Of a stretch of DNA of 64,000 nucleotides, positions 1 to 11,000 are shown in pieces. The position numbers and the translations under genes were made by a program. Under the pieces are notes generated by a model. It did no database searches. It had not been told where the DNA came from and saw only the letters and a list, made by a program, of their open reading frames with translations. How positions within the stretch are numbered: the first letter of the stretch is position 1; every line of letters begins with the position of its first letter. Origin of the DNA: Planctomycetota bacterium (GTDB lineage Bacteria; Planctomycetota; UBA8108; SXIK01); the NCBI GenBank assembly GCA_965223265.1, contig OZ244999.1, positions 7,008,001-7,072,000 of the forward strand, in the 5' to 3' direction.

Positions 1-1401
1 GTCCCCAAGCACAACATCGTGAGACGGTCGGTCTCCTAAGGACTGTCCGCTATCGAAGAAACTCCCGTCCCCCGCGTTCAACCAGACGGTGTTGCCCTCG
101 TTCTCGTGGGCGACCCAGAGGTCGAGATCACCGTCGGCGTCGACGTCGCCGAGAGCGGCCGCAAGGGCGCGTCCAGACCCAAGACCAGCATCGGCGTCGA
201 CGAAGCTAGGCTGCAAGTCGATTCCACCACCTGGGGCTGCGTCAACACCGCCAGGGCGTTCGATGGCGTCAACGACCACAGTTGCGCTGACGTCGACGCC
301 AGACGGATCGTTCGTCTGCGTCGCGAGACTATCGAACGTCTGGCGCGTCTTGAGCGCCGGCGTACTTCCGAGCGTGACGGTAATCTCATCGGTTCCAGGC
401 CCTTCCATCACGGTAGCGCCGACACCGAACGAATCGTCCGGCACTGGGAGCTCGAGGGTGGTGGTGGCGTCTGATTCGTTGACCAGCACGTCGTAGCTGA
501 ACGGTATCACCAAGGCGTCTCCGACGTCGGCGATGCCATTGCGAGTCCGGTCTTCATAGCGAGCGACGTCGATGGCGAGAGGCACACCATCGTCGTCGGC
601 GATCGTGACGACGTGGGTCGACGGCGCACCGATTTGGCCGGCACCCGCGATGTCCGCAAGCTCAAGAGATAGGAGCTCGTCGTACTCAGCAGTGGAGTCT
701 GAAAGCACCGAAAGCGTAGCGAACTGCGCGGCTCCGTTCCTGGAACCCGCCGGGAACACCACCGGTGTCGAAGCGGGCACGAAATCCGATCCAGCGCTGG
801 CCGAGTCATCGAGTGTCGTGACGTCGATCGCCAAGTCGTTCGCGAGAATCGCGTCCGGAGGCGACAACGAGAGCAGCAGCGTAACGTCGTGATCACCCGC
901 AACGTCTTCCGCCGGTGTCATGCCGCTGGCGTGTTCGAACGATACACTTGCCGTGTCGTCGTCGGTAATTTCAAGCGAGTGCTGCAAAATCGCACCGATC
1001 GTTGCGTTCGACGACACGCTTGAAATCGTCAACTGTGCTGACTCTGGTCCCTCGACGAGGACGTCGTCGACAACGGGAACGTCGATCGTCAGGGTCGTTC
1101 CATCGACAGCCCCAGGTGGAAAGACAACAAGCGCCGGAAGCGCGGAGAAGTCGACGCCTTCGACCGCGGCGCCCGAAATCGAGAGCTCGACCTCGACGTC
1201 TTGCGCGATCGAACCAGAACCGACGATGGAGAGCGTCAAGTCGACGCTGTGAGATATCGACGCTTCGTCTGCCGTCTGGCTCGTGGCAGCAGCGAACGAA
1301 ACCTCCACGTCTTCCGGTGGCAGAGCGCGAGACGAACTGCCCTTTGAGCACCCGACAAATAGACACGTGAGCACCACGCCACACCAACGATTGAGACGCA
1401 T
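1..1401 (-). CDS. Lipoprotein with two Calx-beta-like domains and FG-GAP/VCBS repeats (3' end runs off the window)
   Basis: Not in the ORF track because it has no stop in the window. Manual translation from ATG 1401 (RBS GGAGGAG) gives MRLNRWCGVVLTCLFVGC (lipobox), then Calx-beta-like motifs (VDDVLVEGPE...EITDDD, SAGSDF...VTIADDD) and FG-GAP repeats (LGDVDADGDLDLWVA...VWLNAGDG). The frame is open to position 1. Confidence 0.8.
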   Translation of the reverse strand, partial: MRLNRWCGVVLTCLFVGCSKGSSSRALPPEDVEVSFAAATSQTADEASISHSVDLTLSIVGSGSIAQDVEVELSISGAAVEGVDFSALPALVVFPPGAVDGTTLTIDVPVVDDVLVEGPESAQLTISSVSSNATIGAILQHSLEITDDDTASVSFEHASGMTPAEDVAGDHDVTLLLSLSPPDAILANDLAIDVTTLDDSASAGSDFVPASTPVVFPAGSRNGAAQFATLSVLSDSTAEYDELLSLELADIAGAGQIGAPSTHVVTIADDDGVPLAIDVARYEDRTRNGIADVGDALVIPFSYDVLVNESDATTTLELPVPDDSFGVGATVMEGPGTDEITVTLGSTPALKTRQTFDSLATQTNDPSGVDVSATVVVDAIERPGGVDAAPGGGIDLQPSFVDADAGLGSGRALAAALGDVDADGDLDLWVAHENEGNTVWLNAGDGSFFDSGQSLGDRPSHDVVLGD

Positions 1402-1768
1402 TCTCTCCTCCACTCCTTCGACCGTTGCCTTCTCGCCTCGCAATCTCTCCGGGCCCCAAGGGCGATCGTCGCCGTCAGAGTCAGGCGAAGTCCCCGGCGG
1501 GAGATTGTCCAATGAACGAATCACACAACGAGATGAGAGAGGACCACTGCGCTCCGCCGCCGAGTGGCCGCATTCTCGACAATACCGGCAACGGTCGTGT
1601 TGAGCCGGAGCGAGTCGAACGCGTCTGACCAACGGCGGTCAATCCGACAATCGTCGTCGTTCAGTCGCTCGACGACATCGGAGCTCGGCGTCAAGCGTTG
1701 GTTTTTCGGACGCCGACTCATCCGGCCGCAGCCTCCGGATAAGTTTTCGCTTGGTCTCGAAATACGGA

Positions 1769-4603
1769 TTATCGCGATGGCGCCAACAGCTGTTGAAGGC
1801 GTGGAGCGACACGATCTCCCAGCTTCGGATCGAGCTCAACCGCGCGCTGGTAGTGAGTCGCAGCGCCGCGAAGATCTGTGAGCTCAAACAAAGCGTCACC
1901 AAGTTCCGCGTGCGCTTCAGCATTTCGAGGCGCCTGCTGCACGGCGGCTTCAAGGTCATGAAGAGCCGCTCGCAAGAGCGCAACGTCCCGCTTGGCGGCG
2001 GCACGCATGCGCCGCACCGCGCCACGCCAAATCCGACTCGAAACGCGCTGCGAGTCGATCTCTAAGGCCCGCGTAAAGTCGCTCTCGGCGGCCTCCAGCA
2101 GCGTCGTGTCATCTCCCGCCCAGCGCGAACGAGCCCATCGGATGCGTCCGAATTCCTCATGCGCAGCAGTCGTCTCTCTGTGCTGCTGGATCGCCACGGT
2201 CAAGTCACGCTCGGCCTCCCGCCAGTGGACTCTCGGGTCACCGTCGCCGGCTGCGACCACTTCGGCGAGACGTCCACTTGTCCGGGCACGGTCAAGGAGC
2301 AGGTCGACAGCATTGGGACGCTGTATGAGAAGATCGGAGAGCTCGTTCCTTGCAAGCTCAAGCGCAGTTCCCGGATCCGTGCCGTCCCAGAGAGCCAGAT
2401 TCAGGCGGCTGTGCACGCCGACGATGCCCGCGGCGTGCGCGCTCGGATCGACGCGCTGCAGATGCTGGGCAGCCAACAGAGCGCTCGACGCCTCGGCACG
2501 CGCGGCCTCGAGACGTCCACGATCCGAAAGCCAGTGCGCCCGCGTACATCTCAGTGTCGCGAGCCGCTGCAGAGCAAAGCGATACTCGCTGTGCGCGAGT
2601 GCGCGTTCGAAGGCTTCGTGCGCTCGCTCGTAAAACGCCCATGGATCTTCACCACGCATCGCGGCTTCAGCGCCCGTGTTTCCCCAAAGGCAGGCTGCAG
2701 GCAACCAAACCTGATCGTTCTCCGGATCGATGGTAAAGATACGTTCTACGGCAGCAAGTCCGGCTTCACGGTCGGCGCCGCCGCTGTTCACGCGAGCGAT
2801 AGCGATGCCCAGCAGCGGGCGCACGTCGCTGCGGCGGATCTCCGCCCCACGCTCGAATACGCGGCAGGCACCGTCAAGATCTCGCGCGAGTAGGAGTGCA
2901 ACGCCTTGAATCTGCAGCACGTCCGCACGCTCAGGTCTGGAGATTGTCGATGAACTCAAAGCAGCCTCACAGGCCGCCGAACACTCGTCGATACGAAATT
3001 CTGCTAGCAACGAAAACGCCCGCACGAATTCTTCGCGCCAGCGCGGTAGTGAGACGCCGCGGTTTCGGGCTTCAAGGAGATCGGAGTTGACACTCGTCGC
3101 CGCCGATTGCTGTCGCTGTCGCCACGATGCAACCGTTTCGGCATCGAGCACGAACGGCGCGTGGAGGTACGGCTCAATAGTCGCAAAGGCGCGCATCAGA
3201 AAGTGCTCACCTCGAGTTCGGTCTGCAAGTCTATGGATGGCGTCGTCGAGGCAATCGATCGCGCGCTGAGATCTTCCGAGTCGACTCTCGATCTGTGCCT
3301 CTGAAAGCAAGATTTCGTCGGCCGCAGGGTTCTCATCGCGTAAGGCCTTCACCCTAGCAAGCGTCTCGCGAAGGACGTCACGCTCTGGGGCGACGGGAGC
3401 ACTCGGTGCTAGTAGGGACTGCTCGTAGCGAGCCAGAGCGGCTTCCGTCTGCTTCGCCGCCGAGCGTTCGACGCTCCGCACGCCGGAAAGACGCCACCAC
3501 CAGGCACCAGCGAAAACTAGCCCGAACATCGCTAGGACGCAGGCAACCTTGGCAGCCATGACGAGACGGCTCCGTGAAGCCCTAAGCCTCGGACGCCAGA
3601 GCCGAGCTTTCACCCGTCGCCCGTGGCACCAACGCCCGAGTTCGTCGGCGAAGTCCCTTGCAGTCGGATATCGCGCTTCGGCGTCAAAATCCATCGCTCT
3701 CAGAGCTGCCGCCTCAAGCTGGGGATCGACTCCAGCGGCGTAACGGGACGGTAGGTTTGGCGTCCCCGCGAGAATCGCGCTGAGTACTTGAGCCGGCTGC
3801 TCGCCGACAAACGGCGGTCGACCAGCGAGGTGTTCGTACAACAGGACCCCAAGAGCGTAAACGTCGAGCTGAGGGCTAATCTTTTCACCACGTAGATGCT
3901 CGGGTGCCATGTAGTGCAGTGTCCCGGCGACCCTCCCCTCTCGCGTCGCACTCATCGTTTGCCCCGAGATCTGCGCGACCCCGAAGTCAACGAGCCGCGG
4001 CGCTCCGGAGGCATCGAGCAAGATGTTTTCAGGCTTCACATCTCGGTGGACGATGCCGGCGACGTGAGCCTGGTGTAGTCCCAGCGCCACCTCCTGCAGG
4101 ACCGCCACGAATGCTGGCGTCGTCAATCGAGCACGGCGCAGTGTCGCCCCGTCAAGAAACTCCATCGCTATATAGAGTCGTCCGGCAGCGACGCCAACCT
4201 CATACACCTCCACAAGCGCTGCGTGTCGGATGAGTGCTGCCGCGCGGGCCTCGCGGAAAAAGCGCGCGTCGCGTCGTGGATCCGTCTGCGCATCCTTGAG
4301 GACCTTCAAAGCCACACGGCGGCCGGAAGCCCGCTCGAAAGCCAAGAACACGACTCCCGTACCTCCTCGTCCGAGCTCGCGCTCGATGAGATAGTCACCG
4401 AGCGTACTCCCGATGGTGGGAAACGGCACCGCCGTCGACGTCAACACCGAAGACGCATGGCACGACGGGCAAGCACGACGGAGAAACGGTGGCTCCGAGT
4501 CGATTTCAAAAGCGTGACCGCAGCGGGCGCAGCAGACCTCCGCTCGCCCGGCGTCGTAGACGATCTGTCGCAGGTACTCGAAATCCATCTCAGACACCGC
4601 CAT
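1769..4603 (-). CDS. Hanks-type Ser/Thr protein kinase with N-terminal Zn ribbon, one TM helix and C-terminal TPR repeats
   Basis: Kinase motifs GRGGTGVV, VALK, HRDVKPEN, DFG, GTLHYMAPE, DVYALG. N-terminal CARC...CPSC. Hydrophobic segment ACVLAMFGLVFAGAWWW followed by TPR-like helices. Confidence 0.93.
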   Translation of the reverse strand: MAVSEMDFEYLRQIVYDAGRAEVCCARCGHAFEIDSEPPFLRRACPSCHASSVLTSTAVPFPTIGSTLGDYLIERELGRGGTGVVFLAFERASGRRVALKVLKDAQTDPRRDARFFREARAAALIRHAALVEVYEVGVAAGRLYIAMEFLDGATLRRARLTTPAFVAVLQEVALGLHQAHVAGIVHRDVKPENILLDASGAPRLVDFGVAQISGQTMSATREGRVAGTLHYMAPEHLRGEKISPQLDVYALGVLLYEHLAGRPPFVGEQPAQVLSAILAGTPNLPSRYAAGVDPQLEAAALRAMDFDAEARYPTARDFADELGRWCHGRRVKARLWRPRLRASRSRLVMAAKVACVLAMFGLVFAGAWWWRLSGVRSVERSAAKQTEAALARYEQSLLAPSAPVAPERDVLRETLARVKALRDENPAADEILLSEAQIESRLGRSQRAIDCLDDAIHRLADRTRGEHFLMRAFATIEPYLHAPFVLDAETVASWRQRQQSAATSVNSDLLEARNRGVSLPRWREEFVRAFSLLAEFRIDECSAACEAALSSSTISRPERADVLQIQGVALLLARDLDGACRVFERGAEIRRSDVRPLLGIAIARVNSGGADREAGLAAVERIFTIDPENDQVWLPAACLWGNTGAEAAMRGEDPWAFYERAHEAFERALAHSEYRFALQRLATLRCTRAHWLSDRGRLEAARAEASSALLAAQHLQRVDPSAHAAGIVGVHSRLNLALWDGTDPGTALELARNELSDLLIQRPNAVDLLLDRARTSGRLAEVVAAGDGDPRVHWREAERDLTVAIQQHRETTAAHEEFGRIRWARSRWAGDDTTLLEAAESDFTRALEIDSQRVSSRIWRGAVRRMRAAAKRDVALLRAALHDLEAAVQQAPRNAEAHAELGDALFELTDLRGAATHYQRAVELDPKLGDRVAPRLQQLLAPSR

Positions 4604-4611
4604 GCGGTCTG

Positions 4612-5343
4612 CTAGCGCGAGAACAGGAAACGAAACTCGGCTTCAGCGTCTTCCTCAGAGTCGTTGTACTCACGGATGTGCGCGAAGACCAGTTTTCGGA
4701 GCGTGCGGCGCGCGTAGTCGAGCTCCGACTTGACGCGGCGTGTAGAAACTCCGTGGCGCTCGGCAAACTGCGCGTAACTCGGACGGCCCTGGTTCTCTGG
4801 ATCCAAATCGATCGCGCGAAAAAGCTCGAACGCCAGTGCTCGATCCATCGCCAGGAGCGTCTCGCGGAGCGATGCTGTCGCGCAGTCGAGAACGGCACGC
4901 GCCCACTCGAGGTCGAACATCTCCTCGGCACTTCTCTGTGTCGCCTCGATCGGCACTTCGGATTGCTCGAGCGAGAATAGAGAATTGCCGCCGCCGCGCT
5001 TGAGCGTCGCCTCGCGTTTTCGCACGTCAGCGAGGTGATGGCGGAGACACGCTTTGACGTAGGCTCGAAACCGTCCCTTTTCTGGATCGACGGAGCGCAA
5101 GAAATCTGTCTCGAGCAGACGCAGAAAAAAAGCCTGCGTCAGGTCCCTCGCCTCGTCGTCCCGGCGCACGCCCCAGCGGCGGCGGATGTATCGATAAACT
5201 GGCTGCCAATATTTCCGAAAAAGCCGATCGAGTGGCTCGCGCTTCTCGTCTGCGTCCCGCGCCGCCAAGATCGTCGCCCAACTCGTCTCTGGAAACGTAC
5301 TAGGACCCTCGAAGGCGTTCGATTGTTTCGCGGCGGAAGGCAT
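4612..5343 (-). CDS. ECF sigma-70 factor (PVC type with N-terminal FPxTxW motif), co-oriented upstream of the kinase
   Basis: FPETSWATILAA, YWQPVYRYIR, ARDLTQAFF, GRFRAYV, KRGGG and a region-4 HTH (SYAQFAERHGVS). Lies 8 bp from the kinase start. Confidence 0.9.
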   Translation of the reverse strand: MPSAAKQSNAFEGPSTFPETSWATILAARDADEKREPLDRLFRKYWQPVYRYIRRRWGVRRDDEARDLTQAFFLRLLETDFLRSVDPEKGRFRAYVKACLRHHLADVRKREATLKRGGGNSLFSLEQSEVPIEATQRSAEEMFDLEWARAVLDCATASLRETLLAMDRALAFELFRAIDLDPENQGRPSYAQFAERHGVSTRRVKSELDYARRTLRKLVFAHIREYNDSEEDAEAEFRFLFSR

Positions 5344-5663
5344 CGACCTTCTCTCATCTCTACTGCGGGAAACAAGCTCGGCAGTTCGTCCGAATCAGCG
5401 CGCCCGAGCGAGTCTCGAATCCTTCGGGCTCGTCACGTCGATCGCCGTCAACACCAGAGTCTTGATCGACTCTCGCGTGTCGGTGCCAGTGAAACACACG
5501 CAACGATTCGAACCAGGCACGAACGACACCAAGCGGCCTGCAATGACCAGAAGACAATTTAGCGTTTAACAACAAGCGCGTAAAGAGGCGGAGCCCTCGA
5601 GCTTATCTCCCGGAGCGACGGTTCTTTCAGGAGCGCTTAGGAAAGCCATGCACGGAGGTTCAG

Positions 5664-5786
5664 ATGCGCCGCATCACCGTTGGTCTCATCGTCTTGATCG
5701 CCTTAACAGTCGCCCTCAGCCGCTGCAGCGACAGCAGCAGCTCCGTTCCGGCAGGGTCCGTGAGCGTCAGCGGCGCGAACGTGTAA
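5664..5786 (+). CDS. 40-aa small ORF resembling a lipoprotein signal peptide plus short Ser-rich tail
   Basis: GGAGG RBS 5 nt before ATG 5664. Translation MRRITVGLIVLIALTVALSRCSDSSSSVPAGSVSVSGANV-stop. Below the ORF-track length cutoff. Confidence 0.5.
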   Translation: MRRITVGLIVLIALTVALSRCSDSSSSVPAGSVSVSGANV

Positions 5787-5865
5787 TGCGGAGAGTGTCG
5801 TCGTAGTTTGAAACGACGGGGTCCGAACCACCACACATCGAAGAGTTGTGAGGAGAGAATCCAGA

Positions 5866-7605
5866 ATGAAACGTCTCGCATCGATTTCTTTAGCTCTGCC
5901 AACTACTTTGGCGTTGGTTTCCACAATCGCCGCGCAGCAGTACACACCGGCGGCGTACGAGATCACGCTCTACTCAGTGGAATTATCGGCGGACGGTAGC
6001 TCGTTTCAGTCGGTCCTCGACGAAGCGGCTGGAATCCCAGTCGACCTCGCCGACGCCGCGAGCTTCACTGACTCGTTCAGTGAAGAGGCATTCATCGCTC
6101 CGGGTACGTATCGGTGGATCCGCATGACGATCGACGAACAGATCATTTGGTCCCACCCAGACGCACCGGTGGGTCTCTCAGATCAACTTTTCACCGTCAT
6201 AGGAGGTCCTCCGGGATCCCAACCAGGGCAGATGACGGTCTACTTCGCAACTCACGACGAAGGGGGACTACCCGGCGGTGACGGCGGTGGGTCCGGCACG
6301 CGCGACGAACCGTTCCTCCTCGGCGGCGACGCCGAAGTCGTCAGCGGCGAGAACACGACCCTCCGCATAGTGTTCAAACTGACGAACACCCTCGTCGACC
6401 AAGGAGGCGGCGTGTACGACCTAGCGCCTCCCGAGATGTTCTTCGTCTCTGAGAACGAGGACGCTGCGGCGCTCTCAGGCGACTTCACCACGACGGTCTA
6501 CAACGCCACCAAGGCCACCTCGTCGGATGGCATGGGTGGCCAGCAGATCGACGCTTGGTCATACGCCTCGGGGCGAGGCACACTCACATTCGATGGCCTC
6601 GGAGGTTGGAGCTGGTCCGGCACACTCAACGAATTCGACCTCGCCGGCGGGGCGGCCGGCAGCGTCGACACGGCCGCCGCGATGACTGGTCGCTATGGAA
6701 TCAATCTCGACGGGTCGATTTGGATGACCGCAACGGGAGAGCCCGGGACGCTTCGCGGCGCGGTCTCCGAAGATCAGACGTTACTCGTTGCAAGTATGTT
6801 CGACAGCCCGACGTCCCATCTCATGATCTTCGGGGTTGAGCCCGCGACGAGCGCCGACAACACGACGCTCAGCGGCGACTACTACTTCACAACGTACGGA
6901 ACCACCTACGAAGCAGGACCCGACAGAATCGAGTATCGCGGCGCGTTCGGAACCGTGAGTAGTGACGGCTCTGGGCTACTCACCGGCACAGAAGACTCGA
7001 ACTCCTTCACCCTGCTCGACCCACTCGGCGCCGCGACAGTCTCTGGTCCTACCGTCGATTTAGGCGACACGATTGCCGATACGATCGCGATCAGTGCCGA
7101 CGGCGGCCTCACCAGCTCCGGCGGTCGCGCGTTGGGTGCGATCCTCGGCAGCGGCGACGCCGCCTGCCTCGCGTTCAGCTTTGCCTCGCCGTATGAGCCG
7201 AACCATCAGCTCGGTTTCATCGTGCGCCAGAGCCCAGCCGGGACGTTCAATAACGCAAGTCTGCGTGGCACGTATCTCGGCGCGCAGTTCGGCGACGTCG
7301 GCAGTTCCGGTGGCAGCACGTATTTCTCAGGGTTCTTCCGCGTCACCTTCGATGGCGTGGGGTCAGCGACCGTCACGGTTCTCGAGAACCGCGAGGGGAC
7401 GATCGAATCGGGCTCCTTCGTCGGCGCGTACAATGTCGACTCGGCAACGGGCTTCGTCAGCTTCCTCGACGAGTCGGGGAGTCCCGAGGATCTCCGCGGT
7501 GCCGTCGGCCCCAACGCCCTGTCCTTCATTCTCGCTGCGGTGGAAGAGGACGATGGGCAACCAAACGACCAGCGCTTCTTGGGCCTGGGCGTGAGACAGG
7601 ATTGA
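5866..7605 (+). CDS. Secreted beta-rich protein: DUF4382-like N-terminal domain plus three repeated beta domains
   Basis: RBS GAGGAG and signal peptide MKRLASISLALPTTLALVSTIAA. PGTYRWIRMTI motif. Repeats start at ALSGDF, TLSGDYYF and SLRGTYL. Acidic, Gly-rich composition. Confidence 0.75.
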   Translation: MKRLASISLALPTTLALVSTIAAQQYTPAAYEITLYSVELSADGSSFQSVLDEAAGIPVDLADAASFTDSFSEEAFIAPGTYRWIRMTIDEQIIWSHPDAPVGLSDQLFTVIGGPPGSQPGQMTVYFATHDEGGLPGGDGGGSGTRDEPFLLGGDAEVVSGENTTLRIVFKLTNTLVDQGGGVYDLAPPEMFFVSENEDAAALSGDFTTTVYNATKATSSDGMGGQQIDAWSYASGRGTLTFDGLGGWSWSGTLNEFDLAGGAAGSVDTAAAMTGRYGINLDGSIWMTATGEPGTLRGAVSEDQTLLVASMFDSPTSHLMIFGVEPATSADNTTLSGDYYFTTYGTTYEAGPDRIEYRGAFGTVSSDGSGLLTGTEDSNSFTLLDPLGAATVSGPTVDLGDTIADTIAISADGGLTSSGGRALGAILGSGDAACLAFSFASPYEPNHQLGFIVRQSPAGTFNNASLRGTYLGAQFGDVGSSGGSTYFSGFFRVTFDGVGSATVTVLENREGTIESGSFVGAYNVDSATGFVSFLDESGSPEDLRGAVGPNALSFILAAVEEDDGQPNDQRFLGLGVRQD

Positions 7606-7855
7606 GGTGAAGCGGCGAAACTGCACGCTTTGCTGGGCCCCGGTACTCCAGGTTCCGGCCGGCACGCGGGCAAAAGAATGCTTACGGAGAAACGACGGCT
7701 GAGCGCTGCACAACGTGGCGCTCGCCGACGTTTCTTCGCGTTTGAGGAGCGACGACGAAAGACGAAGCCGGCGACGGGTCGGAAGCAGTTACGGACGGAG
7801 ATGGAGGCAGATACAGAGACAGACCCAACTGTTGCAAGAGAGAAGGGCTTCGAGG

Positions 7856-7941
7856 CCGTTTGCGTGGGCGTTTGCGTGGGCGTTTGCGTGGGCGTTTGCG
7901 TGGGCGTGGGCGTGGGCGTGGGCGTGGGCGTGGGCGTGGGC
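7856..7941. repeat. Hexamer microsatellite: about four GCGTTTGCGTGG units then (GCGTGG)n
   Basis: Directly visible tandem repeat between convergent genes, with further degenerate units at 8032-8052. Confidence 0.95.
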
Positions 7942-7945
7942 TAAA

Positions 7946-8023
7946 GTAGCAGGCACACGCCGTGTGCCGTTCCGGACGTGAGCGCGAGTCGCCACGGCAC
8001 GTTCTAGCAACTTCACAGCCCTC
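7946..8023 (+). repeat. GTAG-type REP-like hairpin plus IS-like end (half copy of the 52328-52570 element)
   Basis: GTAGCAGGCACACGCCGTGTGCCG is identical to 52503-52526. The copy ends in AACTTCACAGCCCTC. Confidence 0.75.
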
Positions 8024-8088
8024 TGTGCGGGGGCGTGGGCGTAAGCGTGGGGCACGACACACCCGCTCGACGGGCGCGAACTTTGACC

Positions 8089-11000
8089 TCAGCGCGCCAC
8101 CTTGAGAAACGCAACGAGATCGGCAAGCTCCTGAGCCGTTAGCTGTGCATCAAGGCCGGACGGCATCAGCGACACGGCGCTCGGTGCGATGTCGACCGCA
8201 TCTTCCCGCGCCAAGCGCACTTCGTCTACCGGCCCCGTGCGCAGAACAACTTCGTCAGTCGGTTCGCCGTGCAGAATCCCGGTCAGGACCTCCCCGGATT
8301 TCGTCACAACCGTCACAGGTTCGTAGCTCTGGACGAAACTGAGATTCGGATACATGATCGCTTCGGCGAGATCGATGTCGCTGCGGCGACTTCCGACGTT
8401 GGTGAGATCGGGCCCGAGCGTACCACCGAGGTAGCCGATCGAGTGGCAGGAGACGCACGCTGCTTTTTCGCTCTTGAAGACCCGTTGACCTCGCCGCGCG
8501 TCACCGCTCGATGCAAGCGCCGCAACCTCCTCAATGCGTGAGCGCTGCGACTCTGCGTCGCCGCGCAGCGCGCGGACCAGCTCCTCACCCGCCTCGCGCA
8601 CGGCTTCCGGCTGCTTCGCCAGCCATTTCTCGAGCGCATCCGCACGCAAACTTGGAAAAGCGGTAGATGCTCGAAGCGCGGCGAGCAACTGGATTCCCAG
8701 TTCTTCGCTCGCGACTGCATCGAAGACGGCAAAGAGGCGATTGATCTCGAGAGGCCCAGTGCGAGAGATCGATCCAACGACGACATCGAGCGCCGGCTTG
8801 TCCACGGATGATTCCGAAAGCACTCTCGAGGCGAGAGAGCGCTGGTTGATCGGCTGTTCGGAGGCGACGTTCGCCATCAAAAACGTCACTGCGGAGCTGT
8901 CGAGTTGGCGTTCGTCTTTCGGAATCGCAGCCAGGGCCGCAAGTCGAAACTCGTGCGCTTGGCTGACATCGCGGGCCAGCTCGGAGAGAGCTTGGTTGAG
9001 TTCTTGCGACGAAGCGCTCGCGACATTCTGCGCGGCCGCGCACGCGAGTGCCAAAGATGAGGGATCGCGCCGCCGAATCTCACCGGCTACGGCGGCGGCC
9101 CAGGACGCCGGTGCCTCTTTGCGTCGCGCCCGGCTGACAACTTTAAGCGCGACATGTCGCCCCGCACTGCCATCGCCCTCGATGGCACGCGCCAGAACAT
9201 CGTCGAGCGCGCTGTGACGACTCAGCGCCACGAGCTGCTCGAGTAGCTCAATTGACTCTGACTCTGACGCATCGGGGTTGAGAGCTTGGAGCTGCGCCTC
9301 AAAATGACCTGCCAGGGCCCCGCCCCACTGCGGATGACGCCGCACAATCCATGCAGCCGCAGACCGTAGAGACGGATCATCCGCTTGCAGAAATGGGATG
9401 ACGTCAGCTGCCTCCCAGCCGCCACTGTCCATCTGATCGACTGCGACGAGAGCTGCCCTCTGCACGCGCGGATGCTCGGATGCAAGCCCACGCGCGGTGG
9501 CCTCCCTCGCATCGATTTCGATCAGCGCATACGTCAGCGAGTGCTCAAGGCCGCGGTCGGCAGTTTCACATGCGGCGAGGAGCTCCGCGACGGCCTCCGA
9601 TCGCCCGATGCGCCCGATCGCTTCGGCAGCGACTCGTTGCAGCGACACCGCGTCTGAATTGAGGACCCCAAGCAGCTCGGGAAGGGCACGCGCGTCACGC
9701 CAAACACCGGCGACGTGCGCGGCAGCGTGGCGCACGCCGCGGTCCAGGTCGCCGAACGCCAGGCGCGCGGCCTTGCGCGCAGCGTCCCCTGGGATGCGAC
9801 TCAGCGTCCAGACGGCATTGCGCCGGGCGTCGATCTGAGCATCCCCCACCACGACCGCCGCAAGTGCCGGCACAGCCGATGCACCGATCTGCGCCAAGCG
9901 AGACCGGGCGCGTTGCCGCACAGCGGGACGCGCGTCTGCGAGGAACGCAGGCGCGTTGTCGACGTCCCAAGTGAGCTCGAGTCCGCGTGGGTCCTCAGGA
10001 ACTTCGGCGCCGACGCGCCGGACACGATAGATCCCACCCAGCACGTCGGGTTTCGACAGCTGCGACGTGGGGCAACAAACCTTGTACCAACCTCCGGTGT
10101 CGACGACGAGGAGGCTACCGTCCGCATCGACGACGACGTCGGTCGGATGAAAGTCCCAGTGGTCGCACGTGACGAAGTCACTGTCGTCACTCAGAAACGA
10201 TGATCCATCAGGTTTCAGAACGTGCCTCGTCACACGCTTCATATTGAAGTTGCAGACGAACAGATTGTTCTCGTACTCGGCGCCGAATTGAGGTGCGTTG
10301 TAACGCGTCATACCGCACGGTGCGGCGGCGCCAAGATGGCTGAGCACCGGCATGACGTCGTCGCTTGTTCGTTGGTGTCCCTCTGTAGAAGAGTGCACCT
10401 TGCCGTAGACACCGCCGTAGATGGCATGGATGAGGCCATCGCGTTTGCCGCCTCCCGGTCGCTGCAGGAACGTCGTACTGAGAATTCGCTCGCCTTCCGG
10501 CGTGAAGACGACGTCGACCGGATTGTTCATTCCCCCGGTCATCACTGGTTCGATATCGCTACCGTCGACGCGGGCGCGAAAGATGTGCGCCGCCCGCGTC
10601 ACCAGCGGGTCTCGTCCAGGTCGATCATAACTCTGCGTTCGGTATTCGCCTTTGCACCAGTAGATCCAACCATCGAGACCAAGATACGGACCATGAAGAT
10701 CGTTGGCACAGCCACTGAGCGTCCGCCGAAACCACTCCTCACGCCGGTCGCACTTCCCGTCGCCATCTTCGTCCACGAGCTTCCAGATACTCGGTGGCGC
10801 AGCGACGTACAAAGCGCCGTTGTGCCACAGGGCGCCTTCGGGAAACATCATGCGGTCGGCGAAAAGCGTGCGCCGATCGAACCGTCCGTCGCCATCCGTA
10901 TCCTCCAGGCGGACGATGCGGTGCGGCAAGTCCTCGAGCTGCTTGCGCACGCTGTAACTGGCGCCGGAGGATTCCGCGACATAGAGTCGGCCGTCGTCAT

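Noticed and set aside
1521-1721. 66-aa minus-strand ORF with GGAGG upstream, between the kinase and the lipoprotein gene
   Set aside because: No recognisable motif or composition signal, so it cannot be supported, though it is not excluded.
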